This document shows positions 61,828 to 62,069 of a stretch of DNA of 62,069 nucleotides, piece after piece (the stretch's first letter is position 1; the number at the start of each line of letters is the position of its first letter). The notes beneath the pieces are model-generated. The model ran no database searches, had not been told where the DNA came from, and was given only the letters and a program-made list of their open reading frames with translations. Origin of the DNA: Candidatus Velthaea sp. (GTDB taxonomy: Bacteria; Vulcanimicrobiota; Vulcanimicrobiia; Vulcanimicrobiales; Vulcanimicrobiaceae); NCBI GenBank assembly GCA_050012475.1, contig JBEKHC010000016.1, forward strand, positions 1-62,069. The letters are read 5' to 3'. Position numbers and translations under genes: made by a program.

Positions 61828-62067
61828 CTCTACCCTCACGATAACGTGTGAACCCAGAAACTGGCCGCGAACGGCGATCTCTGACCCGCCGGTTGAAAGC
61901 ACCTTCTCGGCTGAGACGGGACATCGCGTGTTGGACGCCGCGGGAACTACGAGGCACGCGACGTGAACGCAATAGAGCACAGGGAGCGCGACGAAGAGCG
62001 TCAAGCTTACGATGGGTAGGTACGATGCTAAGGCGACGCCGGCGATCGACAGCGCGGACCAAATCAG
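61828..62067 (-). CDS. 3' part of a membrane protein (possibly TMEM175-like), open in frame into gudD
   Basis: [32 protein letters not shown], with no stop before the gudD ATG. Confidence 0.45.
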
Positions 62068-62069
62068 GA

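Overview
GC-rich bacterial chromosomal window. A Terrabacteria-type RpoC plus a stalk-domain protein suggests Eremiobacterota/Vulcanimicrobiota; this is inference only. Bases 1-25 kb are mostly core genes: a GGDEF-EAL protein, gltA, rpoC, nusG-secE-tRNA-Trp-rpmG, two tandem GT39-like glycosyltransferases, tRNA-Arg, malate synthase, a PAS/GAF/PP2C/HATPase protein, an ECF sigma factor, tRNA-Thr, an HD-GYP protein and an S9 peptidase. Bases 25-52 kb are a patchy accessory region with stress and storage genes (PRC-barrel, MaoC-Pta, BON, MacAB-like, GT4, MscS, phasin, Acg, LarA-like, PntAB, acyl-CoA ligase) and two pseudogenes. Bases 53-62 kb are a hexuronate/aldarate catabolic cluster. Two observations stand out. 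(1) A fixed-geometry promoter motif, TTCC-N5-TTTCACGATW-N17-GCGV-TAnnnT, recurs about 10 times between 27 and 48 kb upstream of stress/hypoxia-type genes, including unannotated small proteins. It looks like an undescribed regulon with no obvious cognate regulator in the window. (2) rpoC stands alone behind its own near-consensus sigma70 promoter, with rplKAJL-rpoB missing between nusG and rpoC. No integrase, transposase, CRISPR array or rRNA was recognised.
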